Source of the DNA: Macrostomum lignano | Taxonomy: Eukaryota | Length of the DNA stretch: 64,000 bases | NCBI GenBank assembly: GCA_002269645.1 | Contig: NIVC01001853.1 | Location: 124,001 to 188,000 of the forward strand | Direction of reading: 5' to 3' | Part shown: positions 53,246-64,000 of the stretch, one piece after another | How positions within the stretch are numbered: the stretch's first letter is position 1 | Layout of the letters: each line of letters starts with the position of its first letter | Program-made: the position numbers and the translations under genes | The notes under the pieces: generated by a model | Seen by the model: only the letters and a program-made list of their open reading frames with translations | The model's database searches: none | What the model was told of the DNA's origin: nothing

Positions 53246-55399
53246 CAGCCCGAACTCGAGGAAGAAAAAGGGGATAGAAACAACAGAGGAAAAAGGAAAA
53301 CGCGAAGAAAAATTAGTCTGGGAACTCAGAGTAAAGTTTTTGATCAGTGAGCAATCACACACCTAATTGACAGCTCACTCCAACGCCAGCCCAGCAGACT
53401 GAAGCAGGGCAGAGCAGGACTCACCAATGGCCAGTTATGAGCTCGCCAGTCGGCTGACGCAGCGGCAGGTAGAGACTGGCAGGCCGCAGAGAAGTTGGAA
53501 CTCGCAAAAGCAGACAGGAGCCTCTGCAGCAAGCAAACACGGTACTTGAGATGAAAGGAAAGAGGCAGAAGACGGCAGAGCGGCGGGCAGAAAGAACAAG
53601 CAGTGCACCGCTGGGCTGCTACAGAAGTATCGAATGCTGTTCGGAAGGAAGGCTGGGAGAGAAAGTCGAGCCAAATGTCAGGACACAGCACAGAAATGCA
53701 CAGCAGACTGAGCGCTTTTTTTAAAGCAAACGCACGCAGCCGTCAGAGAAAGTCATTCCCGCACACCGAATTGGCTGAGACGGCAAGCGCAATAAACAGA
53801 ATAGAAATTCATTGCCCTCGCACCAGTGAGTGAAACCTGACTGCGCATTGACAGTAGAATCGGGTTCGAAACGCACATTGGAAAATGGCACCTCTGCCTC
53901 ACCCCAAAGCGATCGATAGGCTGGTCCGGAAGCACAGGAGGCACAGGCGGCCCAGCCCAGGCCAGTTCGCTTCAAACGACAACGGACTGTCAAGATGGGT
54001 GTGGGGCAGTGTACATCTGCCTCCCTCACTTGGTCCGGCGCTGTCGCTGCCCCGTGCAAGTGCGGACAGCCAACCACTCACTTCAATAATTGATTTACTA
54101 GGCAATTAGTCATAGCCAAATTTTTTTGTCGGTCCTGCTAAGTGCAAGCGGCCCTTTGAAGTTTTTCATGCCCGCTAGCACCATATCCACCATATCGCAG
54201 CACTGACTTTTCTACAATTGGCAGAGACACCTGACTGTCTGCTCGAACTTCTCGATAATTTCGGAATTGCAAAACCAAAATAGCAATCTTATTAGTATCA
54301 CTTTAAAGTTGACAGAATTCTTCACATGTTGTCACAATTCTTCACGATGTTAATAAAAATTCGACCTTCAATATTTGTGACGCAGAGAACTTTTTTATGG
54401 GTGCTTCTGCGCTTCTTGGGCTGACAGCTTACTCACTGTTGCGGCTCTTGCCATGTGAGCGATTAAGGATTTGACATAATGTCTGTCATGTATTTTGATC
54501 CACAGACTAAATAGCTAGCATTTAACTGCAAGGCTCATATGCAACACCCATGATGAAGTCTCCGGGCTGGATAGTTTTTGAGCGCTTTGCAGCCGCATGG
54601 GGCAGCTCTGCCAGCGACAGAGGACGCGTTGGAGTTGGCCTTGATGGCGCCTCCGCCGCCCAGCTGCCTTCGTACAGCAAAGGTCATTCAGCGTTTTTGC
54701 TGCTTCGGAATCGCTGCTCCGATCTCGCGGCCTCCTTGTCACGTCGCCCACCATTTTGCGAACAATTTCGTCGCATTGTTGGTGACACTCGGCTGTTCGA
54801 GTCTGTTTAGTAAGGAATTTCGAAGGGAATGAAATAATTTTAAATTTCAAATTTCTTGGCAGAAATCAAGAATAGGAAGAAACCATTCTGATGTTATTTT
54901 TCTTAGTATGTCTTTTAAATTGCTGGAATATTTCATACAACTGATAATCAATCAATTTGCATACAAGCATAGTTTCACTTACCTTTTCCATTTTCACAGG
55001 GTTAAACACCAATAGCTTATAAAAAGCCACCTGATAGCCACTACTCTGAACTGTTTCGGCACGGTGCAGCTGACCGGCCAGCCGTCACTGCTTCTCAGCC
55101 GAGTCGCACAGCAGGCCTTGAGTCTCAAGATATTCCGATAAAATCTGAAGGGACTCTTTGTAAAGCGCTACACGAGCCTCTGCTGACCCATGGGAGGCTC
55201 TCGATTTGTGCGCCTCGACACAGAGCAGGCCGTCTGGGTCTTGAAGTCACTGAAAGAGGAAAAGTTCGAGACAAGATATTGAGTAATCGATACGAAAGTA
55301 CTTCGATCCGAGCTCTCCATTGATCTGTGGGTAATTTGTTCCTACATTAACAGTTCACACACTTGGGTTGGATATCTATTGGTGACAAAAAACTCAATG

Positions 55400-55700
55400 A
55401 CCATCAGCTGAATGACCAGCGGCTCAATGATCAACGGCTCAATGACCCCAGCTTCTAGACAATGACCAATAGCTCAATGACCCAGCTTCTAGACAATGAC
55501 CAATAGCTCAATGACCCAGCTTCTAGACAATGACCAACGGCTCAATGACCAACGGCTCAATGACCCCAGCTTCTAGACAATGACCAATAGCTCAATGACC
55601 CAGCTTCTAGACAATGACCAACAGCTCAATGACCCAGCTTCTAGACAATGACCAACAGCTCAATGACCCAGCTTCTAGACAATGACCAACAGCTCAATGA
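55400..55700. repeat. ~33-bp minisatellite (CAATGACCCAGCTTCTAGACAATGACCAATAGCT)
   Basis: Direct tandem units. Confidence 0.85.
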
Positions 55701-56184
55701 CAAAAGCATTCTAAGAAAAAGGATTTGAAGTACATTATTCCTCGTACCTTGATCTGGCATTTCAGTCCGCCTTGGCTGCTCCAGGACCTTATCGTGTATT
55801 TCGAAGACGGCATTGCCATCTTGGCCTCCTGGTGATCCGCCAGTCCACCGTAACAGACCCGCCTCACTCTTTATGGACGAATTCGGCCAGTCTTTTGTGC
55901 TGTCCGAATGGCTTTCCAGCTGCGGCATGAGCTCGGCTTCAGTGAGAGACTGGCGTTGAAGCTTGCTCAGATATCGGCCGACCAACTCCAAAGCTGAAAC
56001 TGTTTGCTTCAGAACGCATATCTTCAGGTCCTTAAGCTAGCGGCCAACAGATATCCTGGTCCTTCACAGAGGTCTTTCAGATATCCTTCAAATTTCCAAC
56101 CAATAAAAGTCTGTGGTAGCAAATTATTATACAGAAACTTTCTCATGTGAATAGTCATTACTGAGGATGAGACGCCGGAAATGT

Positions 56185-56520
56185 AGGGAAAGGAGAGCGA
56201 GAGGGGAGAGAGGGAGGGGCGGGAGAGGGAAAGACGGGAGAGGAAGAGGCGGGAAAGGGAGAGAGGCGGGAAAGGGAGAGGCGGGAAAAGGAGAGGCGGG
56301 AAAAGGAGAGGCGGGAAAGGGAGAGGCGGGAAAGGGAGAGAGGCGGGAAAAGGAGAGGCGGGAAAAGGAGAGGCGGGAAAAGGAGAGGCGGGAGAGGGAG
56401 AGGCGGGAAAGGGAGAGAGGCGGGAAAAGGAGAGGCGGGAAAAGGAGAGGCGGGAGAGGAGAGGCGGGAGGAGAGGCGGGAAAAGGAGAGGCGGGAGAGG
56501 GATACAAGAGAGAGGGAGAG
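56185..56520. repeat. 15-bp purine minisatellite (GAGGCGGGAAAAGGA)
   Basis: Direct tandem units. Confidence 0.9.
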
Positions 56521-56759
56521 GCGAAATACAAATATAAGGCTGAATTTGGGGGTTCTCAAATGAAGCTGAGTTGTTGAGGCTCTCAATAAAAATGGGATCA
56601 AATATTTTTCTGAGAATGCACTTTTGCACTGCCACTTAGGACCCGCCATGCTGTTCGCTCAAGTGGCTGAGACCTTACTGGAGATTGCCTGCCATCTGGG
56701 GTCTGAATGTTCGGGATGAACTTGGCCTGCATTGGTGAGCTGACTGCTGATCTGTATGA

Positions 56760-57530
56760 GCCAATACAGATGAGTCAGTGGCGCCAATACAGATGAATCT
56801 GTGGCGCCAATACAGATGAGTCAGTGGCGCCAATACAGATGAGTCAGTGGCGCCAATACAGATGAGTCAGTGGCGCCAATACAGATGAGTCAGTGGCGCC
56901 AATACAGATGAGTCAGTGGCGCCAATACAGATGAGTCAGTGGCGCCAATACAGATTAGTCAGGGGCGCCAATACAGATTAGTCAGGGGCGCCAATACAGA
57001 TGAGTCAGGGGCGCCAATACAGATGAGTCAGTGGCGCCAATACAGATTAGTCAGGGGCGCCAATACAGATGAGTCAGTGGCGCCAATACAGATGAGTCAG
57101 TGGCGCCAATACAGATGAGTCAGTGGCGCCAATACAGATGAGTCAGTGGCGCCAATACAGATTAGTCAGGGGCGCCAATACAGATGAGTCAGGGGCGCCA
57201 ATACAGATGAGTCAGTGGCGCCAATACAGATGAGTCAGTGGCGCCAATACAGATGAGTCAGTGGCGCCAATACAGATTAGTCAGGGGCGCCAATACAGAT
57301 GAGTCAGTGGCGCCAATACAGATGAGTCAGTGGCGCCAATACAGATTAGTCAGGGGCGCCAATACAGATGAGTCAGTGGCGCCAATACAGATGAGTCAGT
57401 GGCGCCAATACAGATGAGTCAGTGGCGCCAATACAGATGAGTCAGTGGCGCCAATACAGATTAGTCAGGGGCGTCAATACAGATGAGTCAGTGGCGCCAA
57501 TACAGATGAGTCAGTGGCGCCAATACAGAT
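56760..57530. repeat. 23-bp minisatellite (CCAATACAGATGAGTCAGTGGCG), ~33 units
   Basis: Direct tandem units; most contain TGAGTCA, some TTAGTCA. Confidence 0.95.
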
Positions 57531-58059
57531 CAAAATATTCCGGTAGATGCACAGAAATTAACTGCTATGCTTCTATCCGGGAGATTTTGTAGAATTTTGG
57601 AAAAAACTGCTCTCCCAAAATGGTCCCAGCAATTGAGCTGCAGTCTGCAAAGCTTCGGATAAAAAGGGTGAAGTCCAATCACAAGCTCGTTTTAGGTTTG
57701 CATTTAGGGATCTTGCGGGTGATCAGGGGGTCTCATTTTATATTCAGGAATTTCATTAAGGTAAAAATGAATGAAATGTAGTTTTGTAAAGCAATTTGAA
57801 ACATCAGAAAAGATTTTTGCTTGTGGCTTGTCAAAGTGGGTTGAAATTGTTTGCAAATCGTCACAAGCAGGCAAACATGCTAAATATTTTTAAAGAAGCA
57901 ACCTACGAGTACAACAATTACTGACAGTAGAGATTAACGCATTTTATCCTTTGCGATTGTTTTTTTAAAATGACCACTGGGATATGACGGCAACGGATCA
58001 AATAACGGGGAAGTCACTGAATGTTCATGAGGGAGATGTCAGGCAGGCAGTCGCTGCAG

Positions 58060-58385
58060 AGTACATGATGAAAGTACATGATGAAATTACATGATGAAAG
58101 TATATGACGAAAGTACATGATGAAATTACATGATAAAATTACATGATGAAAGTACATGATGAAAGTACATGATGAAATTACATGATGAAAGTACATGATG
58201 AAAGTACATGATGAAGGTACATGATGAAAGTACATGATGGAAGTACATTATATAAGTACATTGTGAAAGTACATGATGAAAGTACAAGATGGAAGCACAT
58301 TATATAAGTTCATTGTGAAAGTACATGATGAAAGTACAAGATGAAAGTACATGATGAAAGTACAAGATGAAAGTACATTATTAAA
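58060..58385. repeat. 13-bp VNTR (ATGATGAAAGTAC)
   Basis: Shorter homologous arrays lie at ~30385-30490 and ~46555-46615. Confidence 0.9.
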
Positions 58386-58940
58386 ACAGACTGATTGTGC
58401 TGAAATAATCCAGGAGCATGTACACGCAATATTTGTGGACATAAAAATACCTGTAAAATATTAACAGAAACTGTTTTGTTTTAAAAACTAAATTTCTTAA
58501 AAATCCACAGAGGCTTACAAAATTACGAGTTCAACTCAAGCTGCTGCATCAAGTCTCTCCAGCTTCTCCCTGACCCAGCCGACCTTTGAATTTTCCAGGT
58601 TCATGCAGATAACTGCTACCTGTGCATTTGGCTTGAATATTTCATTAAACAGCATTGGCAATTGGGTGTTGAAGTCCGCAGAACAAAATCGCAGAGAAAA
58701 GCCCGCATCAAAGCAGACACGCAGTTTGAACGGAAAAAGCAATTCTGCATGCAGTGTGAATTGAATTGCAGCCCAAATGTGCAAAACTGCAGTTCATAGC
58801 ATGAGGGCTGCTCGAACTAGATAGCTCTTGATGAGCTAGCTTATTTCCTAAAAAAGATAAAAGACAAACTAAACCAAGTCGACAGAAATTCCAGGGGCTT
58901 TCATGCAGATCACGCAGAACCCTCATCAAGTCAGCGTGCA

Positions 58941-61900
58941 TCAGAATAAGCAGTTTGATTCAACAACGAAGTGCATGAAGTTTATAAAGTCTCTCCAGCT
59001 CTCGATGTGCTCGTTTTGTAAAAAAATTACCGACAAACAAAAGCAAAAACACAGCAAAGCAAAACAAAATAAAACAAAAGTCTTCCTTGTCCAACCTTGG
59101 TTTTGCGATTTGACGTTGAGTAGTTCGGATGCTCCATCAGGTCTCTCAAGATTCTCCAGTCTTATCCGTCTGAGCTTGGCGTGAGTCCAGCTGTCTCTCT
59201 GCTCCGCTGCAGTTTCCATGGAAACCAGGCGACCCAAGTCGGCCCCGTCTCGCCGCAGCCTCGCCCTCGCCCACAGCCTCCGCTCCTCATCTTCCCTGCT
59301 GCGGTGAGCGCCGCTGTCGCTGCCGCTGCGGTTCGAAACTCGCCACCGCTTCTGCCTGACCCAGCCGATCTTCTCCTCGTCCTGCGTCTCCATGGCGACG
59401 CGTCTCTCTTTCTCGATCATCTCCATCTGCTGCAAGCTGAGCTCCACGTGCTCGCGGCAGTCGCTGTAGTGAGTCAGAGTGAGCAGCTCCTCCAAGTCCG
59501 GGTCTCCAAGCAGCTCTTTAAAATCCAGGTAACTCTGCAGCACCTCCAAGCGCTGGTATCTCTGCAGTTCATCCAACCGTGGGTATCTCTGCAGCTCATC
59601 CAAGTGCTGATTGCAGAGCAGCTCGGCTTGGAGACTCCAGCTCAGGCAGCGGAAGTTCACGTACAAATGGGAGGAGAGAGGCTGCGACAGTCTGGCTGTG
59701 AACAGAGTCTGCGTGAACTCGGGAAGGAATGGGAAGCGAGGCGGAGAGTCGCAGGGGAGGCAGAACCTCCACGCCCAGTCTGAGTCTTCTGGCAGTTTTA
59801 TCTTAGTACGCCCGTATCTACTCTCGTCTCGAACATCCTGCGGCTTGAACCCTGACTCAACCTGATGTCTCTGAAGCTCCATCAGGAGTCTCTGAGCCTC
59901 CTCATATTCTCCGAACTTCAAATGCGCCATGGCGGTCACGCACAGGGCGGCGCACTTGCACCACTGCAGCTCATGCAGGAGACTGAGCTGCCTCATCAGA
60001 GTGTCTCTGTCGCTCGATTCCGACTGCAGCTCGCTCACACACTGGTGCACCACACTGTACACGTCTGCAAACTTATGGTACATTTCCTCTGAATACGGAT
60101 CACTTCCTTCCCTGATCTCTGTGACAACAGATCGCGCTGTCAGAGGCAGCAGAGTGAACGGGTGAAAGTAGAACTTCTCTGACTGCAGAGGTTTCACGAG
60201 TCTCCTCAGCTGCTTGACCACTCCGCCGATGTCGCTTCTCACCACACAAAGTCGATCTCGAACACTCGTCTTCGTGTTGTCGAAGTCGCCGCCGATTCCA
60301 GCGTTCTTGAAGTAGAGCGGAGCGTCGGGCATGAAGAAGTGCGGCATGCACTCATCGGGCGAGCTGCTCGAGTCGATGAAGCTCAGCATCATGTCGAGAG
60401 ACTCCTTGAGCAGAGCGATCAGATTGTCGGGCTCCCAAGCTGTTAACCAACGATCTGTGCCATGCTTCTCCAGCATTGTGAAGAGCAGAGTCTTTGCATG
60501 GTAGGTCTTGAGTCCAGGTGTGTCCAGAGTGAGCGGCAAATGTCTCTTGAAGATGAACTTGATGAGTGTGAACAGCTGGCCCTGGACTGTGCTCAGCCGT
60601 CTCATGATGTGTTTCTCTTGGAAGCTGAAGCTCACTCTGAGCTCGTTGGTAGAGCTCGGTCTAGTCGCCCGAACGAGGTGAACTGTATAGTCATTGCTAT
60701 CAGTATCGAGCAGGTTTCTAACTTTTTCCTCACAGAAGCTGCTGCAGCACTGGATCGCATGGCACGTGTCCTGTGCAGGCCGCACACCGCACGCCGTGGC
60801 CGTCACTGCAGGTTGGCTGCCTGCAGAGCTCAGTATGCGGAGAGTGGCTTTGTAGCGAGTGATAAAGATAGGTTAATTTGAATCTGTAGATTTTCTCTTA
60901 GCTGGTTGGTAATTTTGAGTGTTTGACTGTGTAATCAACTAAATATACAAAGGTTGTAAGATTAGAAATGTGAGCGCTGTCATTTTTTGTTAATCGACAT
61001 GTTTCTTTTCGCGACAGGCATCGTCAGGCTCTTTAAAATTACCCAAGCACCGCTGCACCCACTCTGCTGCAACCGGAGCCTGTGAGTTCAAAACCCAATG
61101 GCCCGGCTCAGCCAGTTGGCATCAGAGTTTTCTTTTCAATTTCGCCTGCCGCTAGTTTCAGCACCCAAGCCGACATTCGCAGTCACAGAAGCTGCTGGAC
61201 TCTTGTTCGCCACTATGTTGCGAATTTAAAATTGAGCAAAGTTAATGGGCTTCCATTTGCATGCGGATCTCAGCATTCTGATGATGAACCCAGCCTCACT
61301 CACCTGCTCCCACTGCCACCTGTGCGTGGCCCTCCGTGACCTGCAGCCGAGTGGCGTCTCTGCATTGCTGCCGATCTCTGTCGCAGCCACCTTCCAGATG
61401 GAACTCCTGCCCAGCAACTAGCACAGTCCAGTCAATGTCCGAGTCTGCAGCTGTCCTGCCGTTCACTTGCACCAGACTGTTGGCCCAGCCCTCTGCGTAG
61501 CTGCCGGTCATCTGCCTGCTATGGCCATCCTGTGTGAGGACTCGATGCAGCTCCTCGCTCAGACGCCTGTCTTGCTGGGAGTCGCCTAAAACCCTGGAAT
61601 GATCCGAGATGCGTGTGGGTGATTTGCTCCAAATTGACATATGGTTGAAAAGACAGAGCAAGCAGGAGAGCTGAGAGTGCAGCTGCTGCAGCACTCAGAC
61701 TGGCATCTCAAGCAGAATTTCAACCCTCCTGAGTTTCACTGCGATTTCTGCCTCAAGCTGCCAGCCTGTTGGAAGGCGCAATGCGGCAGTGAAAGCTCAA
61801 CCGGTCAGACTCACCGATAGAGGCCCGAATCCAAGCCGTGAGTGGCTGCCTGTCGGGCCTCTGGGCTTCTGCAATGCGGGAATGGAAAGTGCACTTGCTG

Positions 61901-63391
61901 GATAAGTCTTCACTTATTAGGTTTTTAGTATTTTTTAAAATAATTTATTGAAAAAAATTCTAAACCTTTGAATTTCAACAGTCAACCATAAATAGGGGAG
62001 ATAGTAGCTCGTTGTTTTGCAAAATTAAGTTTCCGCCAGAATGCTGAACTTCACTTATTTAATCAAAATTGTCTAAATTGTCTAAATTGTCTAAATGGCC
62101 TTACGATCGCTGGTACTCACTCCGCTCCACTGAGATCCAGCAGCCGCAGCACCTGCCGCTGCCCATATCGCTGTGCCACCTGCGCACATGTCTGACCCCG
62201 ACCGTCTCGATGACTCGCATCCGCTCCTCTGTCCATCAGAGCCTTGGCTGCTCGCACGTGACCGGCTTTGCACGCTCGTGACAGAGCAGTCCGACCCTGA
62301 CTGTCTTCAGCACGCACTGACGCACCGAGATCGATGAGTTTCTCAATGAGCCCGTGATGACCTGCATCAGCTGCCAGCATGAGAGCAGTGGCTCCAGTGC
62401 TGTCTGGCAGATCGACATGCTCTGTGCTGACTCGCTCATCATTGATCAGTGTGACAGCAATTGTGACAGCAATAGCGACGTGTCTTTGAGAGATGGAGAG
62501 ACGGAGCAGCTGTGTGATGTGAGCTGGCTGCATTTGGGAGAGGATGTCGGTGAGAACAGAGTTCCTGCCTTCGATGGCCATTGCTGCAGTGAAGCTGAGG
62601 ATGGTGCTGGATTGGAAAAGCCAGTCGGGCTCGAGGCCGAGGTAGACAACGACATCTTCACAAAGACGAGAGCAAGCCGCGACTGCACATTCGAAATCGA
62701 GATTCGTTGTTTGATTCCGACTTAAGAGACACGAAATAAGGAACTTCACTACTTCTCTCTCATTCTTCTCTGTTGCAGATTTAGTAGCCTTGATGCAGCA
62801 CTGATCTCTTTTTGTTTGATCAGCGACTGTCGGCACGAGAAATTTGACAACTACCCACTCACGATTGCTTGTAGCAGATTTGGCTGCTTCGATGCAGCAC
62901 TGATCTCTTTTTGTTCGGTCAGCGACTGTCGGCACGAGAAATTTGACGGCTTCTAAGTGACCCTTGCTTGCAGCATATTTCGCAGCCTCGATGCAGCATT
63001 GATCTCTTTTTGTTTGGTCAGCGACTGTCGGCACGAGAAACCTCACGACATCCCAAACACGAGTGAATGCAGCAGATTCGGCATCGTCATTACATAAGCG
63101 ATCTGTTTGTGTTTGCTCAGTGACTGTATGGACGAGAAACTTGATGATTTCCCGGTGACCCATGAGTGCAGCATATTTAGCGGTCTCGATGCAGCAGAGC
63201 TCTCTGTTTGTTTTGTCGGCGACGGCGTGCACGAGTAACTTGACGAGTTCCAAGCGACCTTTGGAGGCAGCATCAGGTAAATATCTTCTGCAAAAAAGAT
63301 ATCGGTTTTCTTCTATCTGATGTTCGAGATGATGTCTGAGTGCTTGGATATTTCCTGTGCTGGCAGCCTCATCAGCACTGATTACCGGCAT
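58941..63391 (-). CDS. Ankyrin-repeat + cGAS-like (Mab-21/cGLR) nucleotidyltransferase fusion gene, copy 3, open frame, 1164 aa
   Basis: Exons 63391-62121, 61868-61815, 61593-61304 and 60820-58941 total 3495 nt in one frame, with the same splice sites and phases as copies 1 and 2. It has a 27-aa in-frame deletion upstream of the GS motif and an extended C-terminus. Confidence 0.85.
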
Positions 63392-64000
63392 TTGCCTTGG
63401 TGCGGCAGAGATTGCTTGATCTAGAAAGAATATTTTTGCTTGTCACGAACGATTTATAGTTTTTTATCACTGTACTTTTTTAATCAACTTTTACTGTCTG
63501 TGATTCTTGTCTGCTGTCAGAGTGGCAGATGTCAGTCACGGCTGCTGTCAGAGTGGCAGATGTCAGTCACGGCTGCTGTCAGAGTGGCAGATGTCAGTCA
63601 CGGCTGCTGTCAGAGCGGCAGGTGTTTCAAACGTTTGTGCAGCCGGTTGCCAGAAAGATTCACCGCCTCATCTCTCAGCTGCCCACCTTTTGAGTCTCTA
63701 TGGTGAGGCCGACCACCCCCTTTCACCGTGCAACCGAAACTTCTTTTCCGAGGATGAGCGCTGAGCCCGCCCCTCTCCCAAGCCCTTCAGCTCCCAGGAT
63801 GGCCACGGAGAGGCTGCGGCTGCAGCGGCCACCCCAAGCAGTACTTGATCAGGCTGAGCTGACCCATTGTGCCCAAGTGCAATCTGAGATCTTTGGACGC
63901 ATTTACTGGCCCTCAGTGCAGTTACAGTAGGCGTTTAAGTGTACGAGGCCTTTGTGCCAGTGAGAAGGAAGAGAGGGAGAAGCAGGGGAGGGGAGAAAGA

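Noticed and set aside
31120-63391. Separate ankyrin and nucleotidyltransferase genes in an operon-like pair (CBASS-like reading of the ORF track)
   Set aside because: ANK ORFs stop at GTGAGT donors, the NTase segments of copies 1 and 2 have no ATG before the catalytic region, and splice phases join them in all three copies.

Overview
Eukaryotic, satellite-rich genomic DNA with spliceosomal GT-AG introns and no prokaryotic features. The style suggests a repeat-rich invertebrate such as the flatworm Macrostomum, but that is inference only. The first ~30 kb is mostly mini- and microsatellite. It interrupts a minus-strand multi-exon gene (5 phase-consistent exons at 14.7-19.2 kb) and a Penelope-like retroelement remnant carrying a minimal hammerhead ribozyme (12867-12903). 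The last ~34 kb holds three tandem, diverged copies of a 12-14 kb unit. The ORF track shows each copy as separate ankyrin and unknown ORFs. Conserved splice sites with matching phases join them into one 4-exon minus-strand gene encoding a ~1140-1190 aa protein: N-terminal ankyrin array, then a cGAS-like/Mab-21 nucleotidyltransferase (cGLR), then a helical tail. The paralogs keep the catalytic motifs. They differ in ankyrin-unit number (6/4/5), in short hypervariable islands, in in-frame repeat expansions and in intronic VNTR copy number, which is the pattern expected of a diversifying innate-immune receptor cluster. Copy 1 has a 1-nt frameshift in a homopolymer. Between the copies lie a spliced DUF4806-like gene, a tRNA-derived SINE and a foldback-like element; a TA-flanked MITE sits in a copy-1 intron.
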